A stretch of 43,709 bases of DNA from Bacilli bacterium. Lineage in GTDB: Bacteria; Bacillota_I; Bacilli_A; RF39; UBA660. Numbering within the stretch: the stretch's first letter is position 1; each line of letters opens with the position of its first letter. Positions 1-8,892 of the stretch are shown here, piece after piece. Position numbers and translations under genes: made by a program. The notes under the pieces were generated by a model. It did not search any database. It saw nothing but the letters and a program-made list of their open reading frames with translations, and was not told the origin of the DNA. Location: NCBI GenBank assembly GCA_045650425.1, contig JAZRRD010000092.1, positions 1 through 43,709 of the forward strand. The letters run 5' to 3'.

Positions 1-386
1 TATTTAGGAGATAAAAATTCATAATCTTTAACATAAATATTGAACTTAAAAATATTTGTTTCAATTTTTTCTAAATAAAAATCACAACACTTAAATGAAC
101 CACTATCTAAAACTCTGTTAATATCTATTATTACATTTTCATCGATATACTCATTTATTTTAACATTCTTATTCATTTTAAAATTATTCAAAACTTCTAT
201 AGACGCTAATAATTTAAATTCAAAATTATATTCATTAAATTTATCAATTCCATTTAATTGAAAATTAATTACACTTCCCTTCGTGTAACTTTTTAAATTA
301 GCTTTTTTCACAATATTAATTCCTTTTGATTTTATAATATCTATTTGTATATTTTTTAAATTAAATCCATTTACGTTAAATACCAT
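1..386 (-). CDS. hypothetical protein, partial (continues past window start)
   Basis: My minus-strand translation from ATG 386-384 stays open to position 1 (MVFNVNGFNLKNIQIDIIKSKGINIVKKANLKSYTKGS...). It is absent from the ORF track because it has no stop in the window. No recognisable motif. Confidence 0.35.
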   Translation of the reverse strand, partial: MVFNVNGFNLKNIQIDIIKSKGINIVKKANLKSYTKGSVINFQLNGIDKFNEYNFEFKLLASIEVLNNFKMNKNVKINEYIDENVIIDINRVLDSGSFKCCDFYLEKIETNIFKFNIYVKDYEFLSPK

Positions 387-415
387 AAACCCACTACCAC
401 TTTCATAAATGTCTA

Positions 416-1228
416 TTAATAATTTTTATTATTATCAAATAAAAATGAAACCCCAAAAATTATAGATGCTCCGATAATTATAATCCATACATATGTAATT
501 AAATAAACTATATATGGCACATGTTCTTGAATCATATCAAATACAGGCAACGTACTAATAAAATAAGGACTTATATAAAACATATTAAAAGTTTCACCAT
601 TTAATATCCCTAAATTATATATTAATAAATTTAATGTGTTAGCGATCATTACAAATATCAAAAATACTTTTATTGCTTGCTTAAATGCTTGAAAATTAAT
701 TTTAACTTCTCTAGAAAATAATAAATAAACAGATACCACAAAACTTCCTAAGTGAAGCCACATTGTATGAATATTAACAAGTATATCAGAAGTAAAACAA
801 CTATCTGGCATTACAATCGTAGCTATACTTCCCAAGATAGTTACATATGATAAATAAGATAATAAACCATCTCGAATTTTTCCTTTATTTAAGAAAAGAC
901 AAATTAAACAAACGTATATTGGAGTTGTACAAAGTTGAAAAGGAAATGAATACCACTCATAATCCCAAATAGCCACATTATTTACAAAATCATAATTAAA
1001 CGCCCATATAATTTGTTTTAGTATTTCTAAAGTTAATGCAATAATACTATACGTTCCTAAAATTAATTTTAATTGTTTTTCATTATGATTTTTTCTTTTA
1101 AAAAACAAAAGCACAGCAAAACAAATCATTATGAATATACAAAGCAAATGAAACCACCCAAATGATACTGGCGTTGACATTTCACCTTGTAAAAAATATA
1201 AAAACTTTTCAAATAAATTCATAAGCAA
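416..1228 (-). CDS. polytopic membrane protein, YwaF/TMEM164-like (TIGR02206-type)
   Basis: 270-aa ORF with about 7 hydrophobic segments. FPFQLC and later His-containing helices (NIHTMWLHLG) resemble the YwaF-family PLQLC/His pattern. Confidence 0.55.
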   Translation of the reverse strand: MLMNLFEKFLYFLQGEMSTPVSFGWFHLLCIFIMICFAVLLFFKRKNHNEKQLKLILGTYSIIALTLEILKQIIWAFNYDFVNNVAIWDYEWYSFPFQLCTTPIYVCLICLFLNKGKIRDGLLSYLSYVTILGSIATIVMPDSCFTSDILVNIHTMWLHLGSFVVSVYLLFSREVKINFQAFKQAIKVFLIFVMIANTLNLLIYNLGILNGETFNMFYISPYFISTLPVFDMIQEHVPYIVYLITYVWIIIIGASIIFGVSFLFDNNKNY

Positions 1229-1317
1229 TCCACTACTATCTTTTTTAGTTTATCTATTTATTATTATATCATAAGTTTAGTTATATTTAAAATTTCTTGA
1301 AAATATTATTAATAGCC

Positions 1318-1346
1318 TTGTTGCCAGAACGTTTGTTTACTATAAT
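1318..1346 (+). promoter_or_regulatory. sigma-A-like promoter for the small hydrophobic ORF
   Basis: TTGTTG (1318-1323), 17-nt spacer, TATAAT (1341-1346). Confidence 0.4.
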
Positions 1347-1408
1347 GCTTATAGGAACATTTAATAGTTGGGTGATTGCCAAATTCCATTTAGGAAGGAG
1401 GCGATATT

Positions 1409-1492
1409 ATGTTTAAGAAAGATTTATTAATCTTTTCATTAATCATACTTATCTTCCTACTATTATTATTACTATTTATAGTTTTGATATGA
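1409..1492 (+). CDS. 27-aa hydrophobic peptide, candidate type I toxin
   Basis: Not in the ORF track because it is too short. Strong SD GGAAGGAGG lies 7 nt before the ATG. Translation is MFKKDLLIFSLIILIFLLLLLLLFIVLI*, a single TM helix with a charged N-terminus. Confidence 0.45.
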   Translation: MFKKDLLIFSLIILIFLLLLLLFIVLI

Positions 1493-1602
1493 AAAGAAAA
1501 TCACCTAACTCAGCATTGAATTAGGTGAAACCAAAATATACGGCAACATCCAACTTGCGACATTAGATGTTCCTTTTTTATTTTATGAAGATTCCTTCAT
1601 CT
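1493..1602 (-). ncRNA. candidate convergent/antisense small RNA overlapping the 3' UTR of the small ORF
   Basis: Minus-strand promoter TTGCTA (1637-1632), 17-nt spacer, TGc-TATTAT (-10 at 1614-1609). Minus-strand terminator hairpin TCACCTAA/TTAGGTGA (1501-1528) is followed on the minus strand by TTTTCTTTTC (1500-1491). Confidence 0.3.
1542..1584 (+). terminator. Rho-independent terminator of the small-ORF transcript
   Basis: GG(c)AACATC ... GATGTTCC stem followed by TTTTTTATTTT. Confidence 0.5.
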
Positions 1603-1648
1603 GTATACATAATAGCACAAAAATACTTTTTTAGCAATTTATTTACCT

Positions 1649-2695
1649 TTATTTATTAATACTTCTTAATAATTTAATTCCTTCTGCATTTTCTGGATTA
1701 TCTTTTTCTATCAACGAAATATAAAATTGTATAGCTTTATTAATGCCTTCAGTTTTATATTGTATAGCATTACATTGACTTATTACCCCTTCTTCACTTA
1801 TACAATATTTGTATAAATCACTAAATTCTTTATAGGTTGTCATATTTTGTTGATTAGCAAATAAGATATATATTAATGGTTCTTCTAATATAAATCTAGT
1901 TTGCGTAGTACTATCATCAACATATTCTTGTAATATACTACAATTATTTTCTTTAATTATTTTATAGATAAAATTTAATAAAAAACTTTTTTTATCTTCA
2001 CTTAAATCATTATTCCCAAAAAATCCTGTTAATAATCTTAAATATAATAAAACATGATCTGTACCATTTTTTACCATTCTATAATTACATCTTTTATCAT
2101 AAATGATTTTATCAGATAAATAAGTTGCATGATAATCACATGGAATATGGTCAGCCCAAAACGGTTCATAAGACGCTTCTACAGTTCTTTTATTTGGATT
2201 AAAAAATCCATTAAAAACTATATCATTAAATATATCGTTAAAAGAATTATCCAAAATTCTTAGTGTTGAAAATTCAAAATAAATAGGGTCAGTATCTTCT
2301 TTTCTACTTTTTATTTCCCAATATAAATCGTATGATGAGAGATATTTATAAAATTCATAATATTTTGTATTTTGAAAATCTTTTCTTGTCCATTCATAAT
2401 CACATTTGTTATTTTTTAAATATTCTAATATATTAGACCATCTAGTATGTATTTCATTATTAATTTCAGAAAAATCATTAGTTATGTTAATATTAAACAA
2501 CTCTTTTGCAATTCTAATATTTTCATTGCAAAAATCAAGTGTAGCTTTATATTTGAGATCACTGGTATAATTAAATGGATCTCTTTCAAGCCATTCTTTT
2601 CTGTGTTTTAATCTAATTTTACACATTTGAATGTTATATCTTAATTTAATTAATATCATAAATAATAAATATTCTTCTTTTTCTGTATGTTGCAT
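1649..2695 (-). CDS. hypothetical protein (348 aa)
   Basis: Long ORF with RBS GAGG upstream and its own TTGAAA-16-TACAAT promoter with an extended TG in 2696-2974. No motif recognised. Confidence 0.7.
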   Translation of the reverse strand: MQHTEKEEYLLFMILIKLRYNIQMCKIRLKHRKEWLERDPFNYTSDLKYKATLDFCNENIRIAKELFNINITNDFSEINNEIHTRWSNILEYLKNNKCDYEWTRKDFQNTKYYEFYKYLSSYDLYWEIKSRKEDTDPIYFEFSTLRILDNSFNDIFNDIVFNGFFNPNKRTVEASYEPFWADHIPCDYHATYLSDKIIYDKRCNYRMVKNGTDHVLLYLRLLTGFFGNNDLSEDKKSFLLNFIYKIIKENNCSILQEYVDDSTTQTRFILEEPLIYILFANQQNMTTYKEFSDLYKYCISEEGVISQCNAIQYKTEGINKAIQFYISLIEKDNPENAEGIKLLRSINK

Positions 2696-2974
2696 AATTT
2701 ACCTCAAAACTATATGTTATTGTAACAAATTTTATAAAATAATCAATAAGAGATAGATTAAATAATACGCAATATTCCTTCAGCATCTCCCATTTGAATT
2801 TTTTTCATTAAATACTATTATTTCAAGTATGCCGCAAATTGTAGCACATTTATTTTGCATTTCAACATTTCTATAATTAACTTTTTTAATAATTGCTATA
2901 ACAATAAAGATTGTAAGAACAAACTATAAGAGTCATGAAAAATACAATTAATGGTTTGGATATATTATGTATTC

Positions 2975-3238
2975 TTATTTTCTTTTTTTTGAAGTCAACG
3001 ACACTCTTGAGTGTTCATCAAATCTGCTTCGACAACGTGAAAACGAATTTTGATATGGTTTGTGATATTCAAGATCCTGCATATCTTTAACCGTCAACAT
3101 TTCTGCGGTTGCACGACGAACCTCTAATCCTTTTTGCTGTTCAACTCTGGAAGAAGGTGTATCAACAGCAGGACGCTCTAAATCAACATGAAGATAATCA
3201 ATAACTTCTTTAATTTTGCTGTTTGCAATTTCATTCAT
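2975..3238 (-). CDS. small charged hypothetical protein (87 aa), compositionally atypical
   Basis: ORF-track frame 2975-3247. I prefer the ATG at 3238 because AGGTG lies 6 nt upstream. Local GC is clearly higher than the flanks. Basic C-terminal tail RCRSRFDEHSRVSLTSKKRK. Confidence 0.55.
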   Translation of the reverse strand: MNEIANSKIKEVIDYLHVDLERPAVDTPSSRVEQQKGLEVRRATAEMLTVKDMQDLEYHKPYQNSFSRCRSRFDEHSRVSLTSKKRK

Positions 3239-3292
3239 ATTCATCACCTAATTAAATAAATTATATCATTTTTATTGTTAATAACCAACAGA

Positions 3293-3404
3293 TTATGATA
3301 CAAACACTTCTAACTCATTATTATAATAGTTTCTTTCATTATTAAATAGTAAGTATTTGTCTAACAAATGAGTTACAAAAGACATGTTAAGTTCTATCTT
3401 CTAA
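3293..3404 (-). pseudogene. degraded 3' remnant of a ninth array paralog (P5-like)
   Basis: Nucleotide similarity to the 3' end of the 6177-7085 gene (about 6205-6330). It translates as MSFVTHLLDKYLLFNNERNYYNNELEVFVS* versus P5 TSFVTHLLGKYLLFNNERNYCNNELEVFGWKK. The upstream part is frame-broken by a ~20-nt deletion and a stop. Confidence 0.65.
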
Positions 3405-3420
3405 TCTTTGTTTTTTTGAG

Positions 3421-4308
3421 TCATTTTCCCCATCCTTTCTGAAGACCAAATACACATGCATAATCATCTGAATCTTTATAAAACCTTTGGGATTTTTTTA
3501 GACGCCTTGACAGAAATGGAGAATTTAATAAATTTCCACTTCCTGATTGATATAACACAAGCCCATTAGAGTTTAAGTTATTGTTATATATATCAACTAT
3601 TAGTTCTTTTGAATGCAAATTAACATTGTTTAAAAAAATCTTCTTTTTATAACATAGTATATTAGATAATTCAACTAAATCATATGTACCAAACTTTACT
3701 GGCAATTCAGTTATATTTGCTTGCGTAAAAGTTATTTTAGCATTTTCTAATCTTTTTTTTAAATATTTAAACGTTTCTTCAGAATTTAGATAAGCATTAT
3801 ATTCGCCACCTTCTGGAGATCTATATTCTTTAGCCCACATTAATATGCTAGCAAAATGCTTACCATAACTTTTTAATTCATATTTATATGTTTCCCAAAA
3901 CTTTTTATATACTTCATCCATGTTTTTAATTACTTCATCTTCCAAATCTTTAATTTCAGCGCTATTAGATGAAGTATATAAAGAACAAAATTGTTCAAAA
4001 TTTAAACACTCTATCGCTCTTTTTTTAAAACCTAAAGCATAATATTCGGTAAGGCGATTAACATCGAATGTATCAACGTTATCAATTCCTTGATATATTG
4101 CATTAAAAGCATGGTCTCCGCTTGATAAAACAGTCAATGCTGTGTGGTAGTTTGTAAAATCTATTTGTGAATAAATTTGGTTTATTTGTTCATTAGAAAG
4201 ATAATAGAAAGCAGCATACTCTTCAAAAGTATATGGTATGATACCCATATCAATAATTTCTTTTGCACGTCTTAAATCCTCATCCCTTTGTTCTTCTAAA
4301 CTTCTCAT
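3421..4308 (-). CDS. array paralog P8, DUF3419/BtaA-like putative SAM-binding protein
   Basis: 295 aa with RBS AGGAAGGGG. Motifs LTVLSSGDHAF, DTFDVNRLTEYYALGFKKRAIECL, KKFWE, ITFTQANITELP, TYDLVELSNIL, IYNNNL..NG. Confidence 0.8.
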   Translation of the reverse strand: MRSLEEQRDEDLRRAKEIIDMGIIPYTFEEYAAFYYLSNEQINQIYSQIDFTNYHTALTVLSSGDHAFNAIYQGIDNVDTFDVNRLTEYYALGFKKRAIECLNFEQFCSLYTSSNSAEIKDLEDEVIKNMDEVYKKFWETYKYELKSYGKHFASILMWAKEYRSPEGGEYNAYLNSEETFKYLKKRLENAKITFTQANITELPVKFGTYDLVELSNILCYKKKIFLNNVNLHSKELIVDIYNNNLNSNGLVLYQSGSGNLLNSPFLSRRLKKSQRFYKDSDDYACVFGLQKGWGK

Positions 4309-4366
4309 AAAGATGCCCCTTCCTAATTAAGTTTGTATTTTATAATAAAACATCAAAAAAAACAAC

Positions 4367-5257
4367 TTATTGTTGTTTTTTTAAGCTTCTTATAAGATCG
4401 TTATTATGAGCATATTCTTTTTTATTTGCATAATCAATATTATTAAAAATATCACCACATGCCCCAACTGTTCTAAAGTCATTACCCCAACAATAATCAA
4501 ATAGTAATTCACCATGTTTAGTTAAATTGTTATCATAAATTTGACGAAGTAAATCAGAAACCTTTTCTTTCTGAAGCCACCTTCTGTTCACACATACTCC
4601 TAGTATATTAGATAGTTCTACTAAATCGTACCTTCCAAAATCTTCAGGTATATTAAGTACATCGCAATGTTTAAAAGTTATATTTGCTTTTTCTAATCTT
4701 TTTTGCATTTTATGATAATTAACATCCGAACGCAAATAAATATTTTTTATATCTTTTTGTGTTATATCAGTGTCAGTTCTAAATAAACTAACAACAAAGC
4801 CAAATGAATATTTTTTAAAATACGCAATTAATGATTCAAAAAAATTACGATACTCCGGTTCCATATTTTTTATAACGTAGTTTAGCATTTCGATTTGTCT
4901 TCGTTCCATTTCACCAGAAAACAACTTCATAAATTCATTATAATTTAAGCATTGGATAGCTGTCTTTTTTAAACCTAAAGCATAATATTCAGTTAAGCGA
5001 TTCGAATCAAATGTATCAATGTCTTCTATACCCATGTAAATCAAATTAAAAGCATGATCTCCACTTGATAATACAGTTAAGGCGTTTTTCTTACAAGCTA
5101 AGTTCATTTGCAAAAACATATTAGCTAAATATTCGTTTGTAAAAGAATATATTTTAGAATATTCTTCAAAATCAATTCCTAAATAATAATCAGATTGTAA
5201 GTCATCATATAATTTAATTGTTTGTTCCAAATCTTTTTTTCTTTGTATTTCATTCAT
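4367..5257 (-). CDS. array paralog P7, DUF3419/BtaA-like putative SAM-binding protein
   Basis: ORF-track frame 4367-5344. Start moved to the ATG at 5257 (MNEIQRKKDLEQTIKLY), 10 nt after the P6 stop. The longer start lies inside P6. Same motif set (LTVLSSGDHAF, DTFDSNRLTEYYALGLKK). Confidence 0.8.
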   Translation of the reverse strand: MNEIQRKKDLEQTIKLYDDLQSDYYLGIDFEEYSKIYSFTNEYLANMFLQMNLACKKNALTVLSSGDHAFNLIYMGIEDIDTFDSNRLTEYYALGLKKTAIQCLNYNEFMKLFSGEMERRQIEMLNYVIKNMEPEYRNFFESLIAYFKKYSFGFVVSLFRTDTDITQKDIKNIYLRSDVNYHKMQKRLEKANITFKHCDVLNIPEDFGRYDLVELSNILGVCVNRRWLQKEKVSDLLRQIYDNNLTKHGELLFDYCWGNDFRTVGACGDIFNNIDYANKKEYAHNNDLIRSLKKQQ

Positions 5258-5267
5258 ATTATCATCT

Positions 5268-6164
5268 CTACTTTTTTCTACTTCTAGGCTTTTTCCAACC
5301 AATTGCCAAATCATATATTCTTGTATCTTCAACACAACATTCATCCATTAAACAACTTAAAAAACGAGAAAATAGATGTGTAAATAATATTTGTCCTCCA
5401 TCTTGAAGATTATTATTATAGATATTCATCGCCTTTTCAAGCGCTTCGTTAAACGGCTCTTGTTCAAACATTTCTTCGTAATAGTCAAAAATATTGGAAA
5501 GAAATATTGTATCGTATTTGCCAATATTGGGTGATATGTCTAAAATGTCCATTTGCCTAAAAGTTATTTTACAATTCAAAAGATTTTGTTGAAGCTTATG
5601 GTAATTTTTTTTATTATTCATATATATATTACTATGATTTAATTTAACCCATTTAAGTTCTGATTTTTGGGCTAACGAGAAAATAGTATTTGGTTTCTTT
5701 GGGTTTAATTCTTTAGATTTATATAAAAATTCTTGCCAAAACTTTTTGTATTCCTCTTCCATATTTTCAATAACATATTTTTCGAGTTCCGGATTATAAA
5801 AATAGTAAGGGTCTGAGTCTCCGTCATAATAATTAAAAAGCTTAATAAATTGTTCGTAACTTAAGCATTCTACTGCTCTTTTTTTAAATCCTATAGCATA
5901 ATATTCAGTTAATCTATTTATATCAAAGGTATCCATTTTAGTAATCCCTTTATATATTAAACTTAACATTTGGTCACCACTTGCTAATACCGATAATCCA
6001 GTGTCTCCAGACAGGCGTAAACGGCTCCATAAATCTTGTAAGTATTCGTTAGTTAAACTATAAAAAATATTGTATTCCTTAAAATCACTAGCTTCTTTAA
6101 TTTTTTTACCAATTAACTTTAATGCTTCATCTAAGTCTTTTCGTCTTTGATTTATATTTTTCAT
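5268..6164 (-). CDS. array paralog P6, DUF3419/BtaA-like putative SAM-binding protein
   Basis: 298 aa with RBS AGAAGGGG. Motifs LSVLASGDQM, DTFDINRLTEYYAIGFKKRAVECL, EEEYKKFWQEF, KYDTIFLSNIFDYY, IYNNNLQDGGQIL. Confidence 0.85.
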   Translation of the reverse strand: MKNINQRRKDLDEALKLIGKKIKEASDFKEYNIFYSLTNEYLQDLWSRLRLSGDTGLSVLASGDQMLSLIYKGITKMDTFDINRLTEYYAIGFKKRAVECLSYEQFIKLFNYYDGDSDPYYFYNPELEKYVIENMEEEYKKFWQEFLYKSKELNPKKPNTIFSLAQKSELKWVKLNHSNIYMNNKKNYHKLQQNLLNCKITFRQMDILDISPNIGKYDTIFLSNIFDYYEEMFEQEPFNEALEKAMNIYNNNLQDGGQILFTHLFSRFLSCLMDECCVEDTRIYDLAIGWKKPRSRKK

Positions 6165-6176
6165 AAGTCCCCTTCT

Positions 6177-7085
6177 TTATTTTGATGGTTTTCTTTCTTT
6201 TTTCCAACCGAACACTTCTAATTCATTATTACAATAGTTTCTTTCGTTATTAAATAGTAAATATTTGCCTAATAAATGAGTTACAAAAGATGTATCAAGT
6301 TGTGTCATAATCATTTCGCCATTATCTTCTAGGTTACATTTGTAAATTTCTTCAGCTAAATCACATGTCTTTAGATAGCCTTTAGTAGGAAACAATCTAT
6401 AATAATAATCAAATATGTTTGATAAAAAAATAACATCATACTTACCAAAAGTTGTTGGAAGATCTTTAACATCTGAAACTTTAAAGCTTATTTTAGCATT
6501 TAACAATTGTTTTTGTAATATTTTATAATTATTTTGTTCATTCATATAAATATTACATTTATCAAGTTTTAAATCATTAAAACCTACATCCACAGCAAAA
6601 TTGAAAACACTCGGTTCTTCACTTAACCCTGATTCTTTTAATCTATAAAAAAGTTCTTGCCAAAACCATCTGTATTCCTCCTCCATATTTTCAATTACAA
6701 AGTTTTCTAAATCCTGTTGATACCCCGTTAAAGAAAAATTAAATAACTTTCCATATTGATCATAATTTAAAACTTGAACAGCTCTTGTTTTAAATCCTAA
6801 TGCATAATACTCTGTCAACCTGTTTATATCAAAGGTGTCCATTTTAATAACACCACCATAAATTAAATCTAACATTTGATCTCCGCTTGCTAACACACAC
6901 AGCCCTTTATCTCCAGGCAAAGTAAATTTGTTAAAAAAATTATCTAAACACTCATTTGTCATTCCATAGACTACATTATATTCTTGAAATTTAGTAGGAT
7001 TTATATATCCCGCATCAATTCGCTGATATAATTTGATTGTTTCTTCTAAATCTTTTCTTCTTTGTTCACTAATTACTTTTTCCAT
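6177..7085 (-). CDS. array paralog P5, DUF3419/BtaA-like putative SAM-binding protein
   Basis: ORF-track frame 6177-7142. Start moved to the ATG at 7085 (MEKVISEQRRKDLEE, RBS AAGGGAAGAG), which overlaps the P4 stop by 13 nt exactly as at the P2/P3 junction. Confidence 0.8.
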   Translation of the reverse strand: MEKVISEQRRKDLEETIKLYQRIDAGYINPTKFQEYNVVYGMTNECLDNFFNKFTLPGDKGLCVLASGDQMLDLIYGGVIKMDTFDINRLTEYYALGFKTRAVQVLNYDQYGKLFNFSLTGYQQDLENFVIENMEEEYRWFWQELFYRLKESGLSEEPSVFNFAVDVGFNDLKLDKCNIYMNEQNNYKILQKQLLNAKISFKVSDVKDLPTTFGKYDVIFLSNIFDYYYRLFPTKGYLKTCDLAEEIYKCNLEDNGEMIMTQLDTSFVTHLLGKYLLFNNERNYCNNELEVFGWKKERKPSK

Positions 7086-7969
7086 AATACTCTTCCCTTT
7101 TGAAATCCTGCTGCACCTGGATATAATACTTTTTCTGTACAAGTTACTTTTCTATCAACTGAGTTTGACAATACTTCTTTTATAAACGTATGGTGAAAGA
7201 AAGTTAAAATAATTTCACCAGGATCTTTTAAGTTTGTATCATATATTGATTGAAATAAATCTAATCCAGCATTTACATTTTTTTCTAAATCATACTTTCT
7301 AAATATATCATCGTAATAATCTAAAATGTTAGAAAGATAAATTAAATCATATTTTCCACATTCTAACGGAAGTTGTGTAATATCGCGATAATTAAATGAT
7401 ATATTTGAAGCTTTTAGATTTTTTTTTAATTTTTTATAGTTTTTATCATTTATAAGATAATTACATCGCTTATCTATTTGCAGATCTGCTGCAGCATCTC
7501 CACACACAAAATCAAAAACACTAGCTTCTACTCCTTGTTGTTTCAAATTATAAAATAATTCTTGCCAAAATTTTTTATACTTCTCTTCAGCGCATGAAAT
7601 AATATATTTTTCTAAGTCATAGTTACGTTCGCTATATTTAAAATTAAACAATTCGTAAAAATCATCGTATTTTAAAACGTCAATAGCAGTTTTCTTAAAA
7701 CCGAGAGTGTAATATTCAGCAATTCTATTACAATCAAAGGTATCTATATTTTTTATTCCTTTTAAAATCAGTTCAAATATTTGATCCCCGCTCGCTAAAA
7801 CACCTAACACCTTTTCATTCCCCTTAAGATTAAAGAAATTCCAGACAGCTGCAATATTCTCATTTGTAAAAGAATACGCATAACTATATTCAGTATGTAA
7901 TTTGGCCGCAAATTGATAAATTTCCATTGTTTCTTTTATATCTTTTTCTATTTGTTCTGATTTTGTCAT
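7073..7969 (-). CDS. array paralog P4, DUF3419/BtaA-like putative SAM-binding protein
   Basis: 298 aa. RBS AAAAGGAGAAG lies inside the P3 end, with the ATG 2 nt after the P3 stop. Closest to P2 (MTKSEQIEKDI.. versus MTVSEQREKDI..; both end GRVLWKK). Confidence 0.85.
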   Translation of the reverse strand: MTKSEQIEKDIKETMEIYQFAAKLHTEYSYAYSFTNENIAAVWNFFNLKGNEKVLGVLASGDQIFELILKGIKNIDTFDCNRIAEYYTLGFKKTAIDVLKYDDFYELFNFKYSERNYDLEKYIISCAEEKYKKFWQELFYNLKQQGVEASVFDFVCGDAAADLQIDKRCNYLINDKNYKKLKKNLKASNISFNYRDITQLPLECGKYDLIYLSNILDYYDDIFRKYDLEKNVNAGLDLFQSIYDTNLKDPGEIILTFFHHTFIKEVLSNSVDRKVTCTEKVLYPGAAGFQKGRVLWKK

Positions 7970-7971
7970 GT

Positions 7972-8892
7972 TTACTTCTCCTTTTTAAGGGTATATCCCA
8001 TTGTTGACTCACGCCCCATTATATATTTGTGTTCTCTTAAAAATTTGTCTTCTAACATCACAGACATAAATCTATCCACAAGATCAATTAGAAGAATTTC
8101 GCCATTTATATTTAAATTTTCATTATAAATTTTTTTAAGTATATCTAAAGCTTTCTTTTTGTTTCCACAAAAGAATTCAGTATAATATTCCATTACATTA
8201 GACAAATATATTAAATCATATTTTTTATTAAAATTATTTGGAACATCTACAATTGATGATTGTTTAAATGTTATATTGGCTTTTGCTAATTTTTGTTGTA
8301 ATTCATTATATTTTTCTATGTCTTTCATATATGAATTAGGAATTCTACATATAGAACTTAATCTGTCAGCACGATTTGCAAAATGAAATACACTGGGATT
8401 AAAACCATGTTGTTTTAAATTATAAAACAATTCTTGCCAAAACCATTTATATTCATCTTCCATATTTTCAATAACATATTGTTCTATATCTAAATGTTGA
8501 CAGTTATGGGTTTTATCGTAATATTCTTTATAATATTCAAAAAGTTTATTGTAATCTTCAAAACTTAAACATTCGATAGCTCTCTTTTTAAATCCTAAGG
8601 CATAATATTCTGTTAATCTGTTTATATCAAATGTGTCTATATCTTTTAGACCTCTTTGCACCAAATGAAATACTTGATCTCCACTTGCTAAAATACTTAA
8701 TGCTTTGGTCTCTAGTGTAAGAGTTACAATTTTTAAAAATGTCTCAACTGATTCATTAGTTAAATGATAAAAGCTAGCATATTCTGTAAATTTTCCGGAT
8801 ATTTCAAACGATTTACTACAATATCCATCTAAATATAATTTAATTGCTGCTTCCAAGTCTTTTCTTCTTTGTTCACTAATTACTTTTTCCAT
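7972..8892 (-). CDS. array paralog P3, DUF3419/BtaA-like putative SAM-binding protein
   Basis: 306 aa starting MEKVISEQRRKDLEAAIKLY. Overlaps the P2 stop by 13 nt. Closest to P5. Confidence 0.85.
   Translation of the reverse strand: MEKVISEQRRKDLEAAIKLYLDGYCSKSFEISGKFTEYASFYHLTNESVETFLKIVTLTLETKALSILASGDQVFHLVQRGLKDIDTFDINRLTEYYALGFKKRAIECLSFEDYNKLFEYYKEYYDKTHNCQHLDIEQYVIENMEDEYKWFWQELFYNLKQHGFNPSVFHFANRADRLSSICRIPNSYMKDIEKYNELQQKLAKANITFKQSSIVDVPNNFNKKYDLIYLSNVMEYYTEFFCGNKKKALDILKKIYNENLNINGEILLIDLVDRFMSVMLEDKFLREHKYIMGRESTMGYTLKKEK

Noticed and set aside
5258-5344. Long N-terminal extensions in the ORF-track models (5344 for P7, 7142 for P5, 35048 for the 848-aa protein, 37202 for the peptidase, 31692, 19715, 40732, 42907)
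   Set aside because: The extensions overlap the preceding gene or an intergenic hairpin and lack an RBS. Internal ATGs align with the conserved N-termini of paralogs or sit at correct SD spacing.
5218-5406. Plus-strand 62-aa ORF, and the similar ORFs 8869-9075, 11074-11265, 14847-15104, 20756-20950, 32466-32657, 32569-32874, 35330-35545 and 36598-36924
   Set aside because: All lie antisense to, or inside, long well-supported genes. They have low-complexity Phe/Leu/Ile/Ser-rich translations typical of the opposite strand of AT-rich coding DNA, and none has an RBS.
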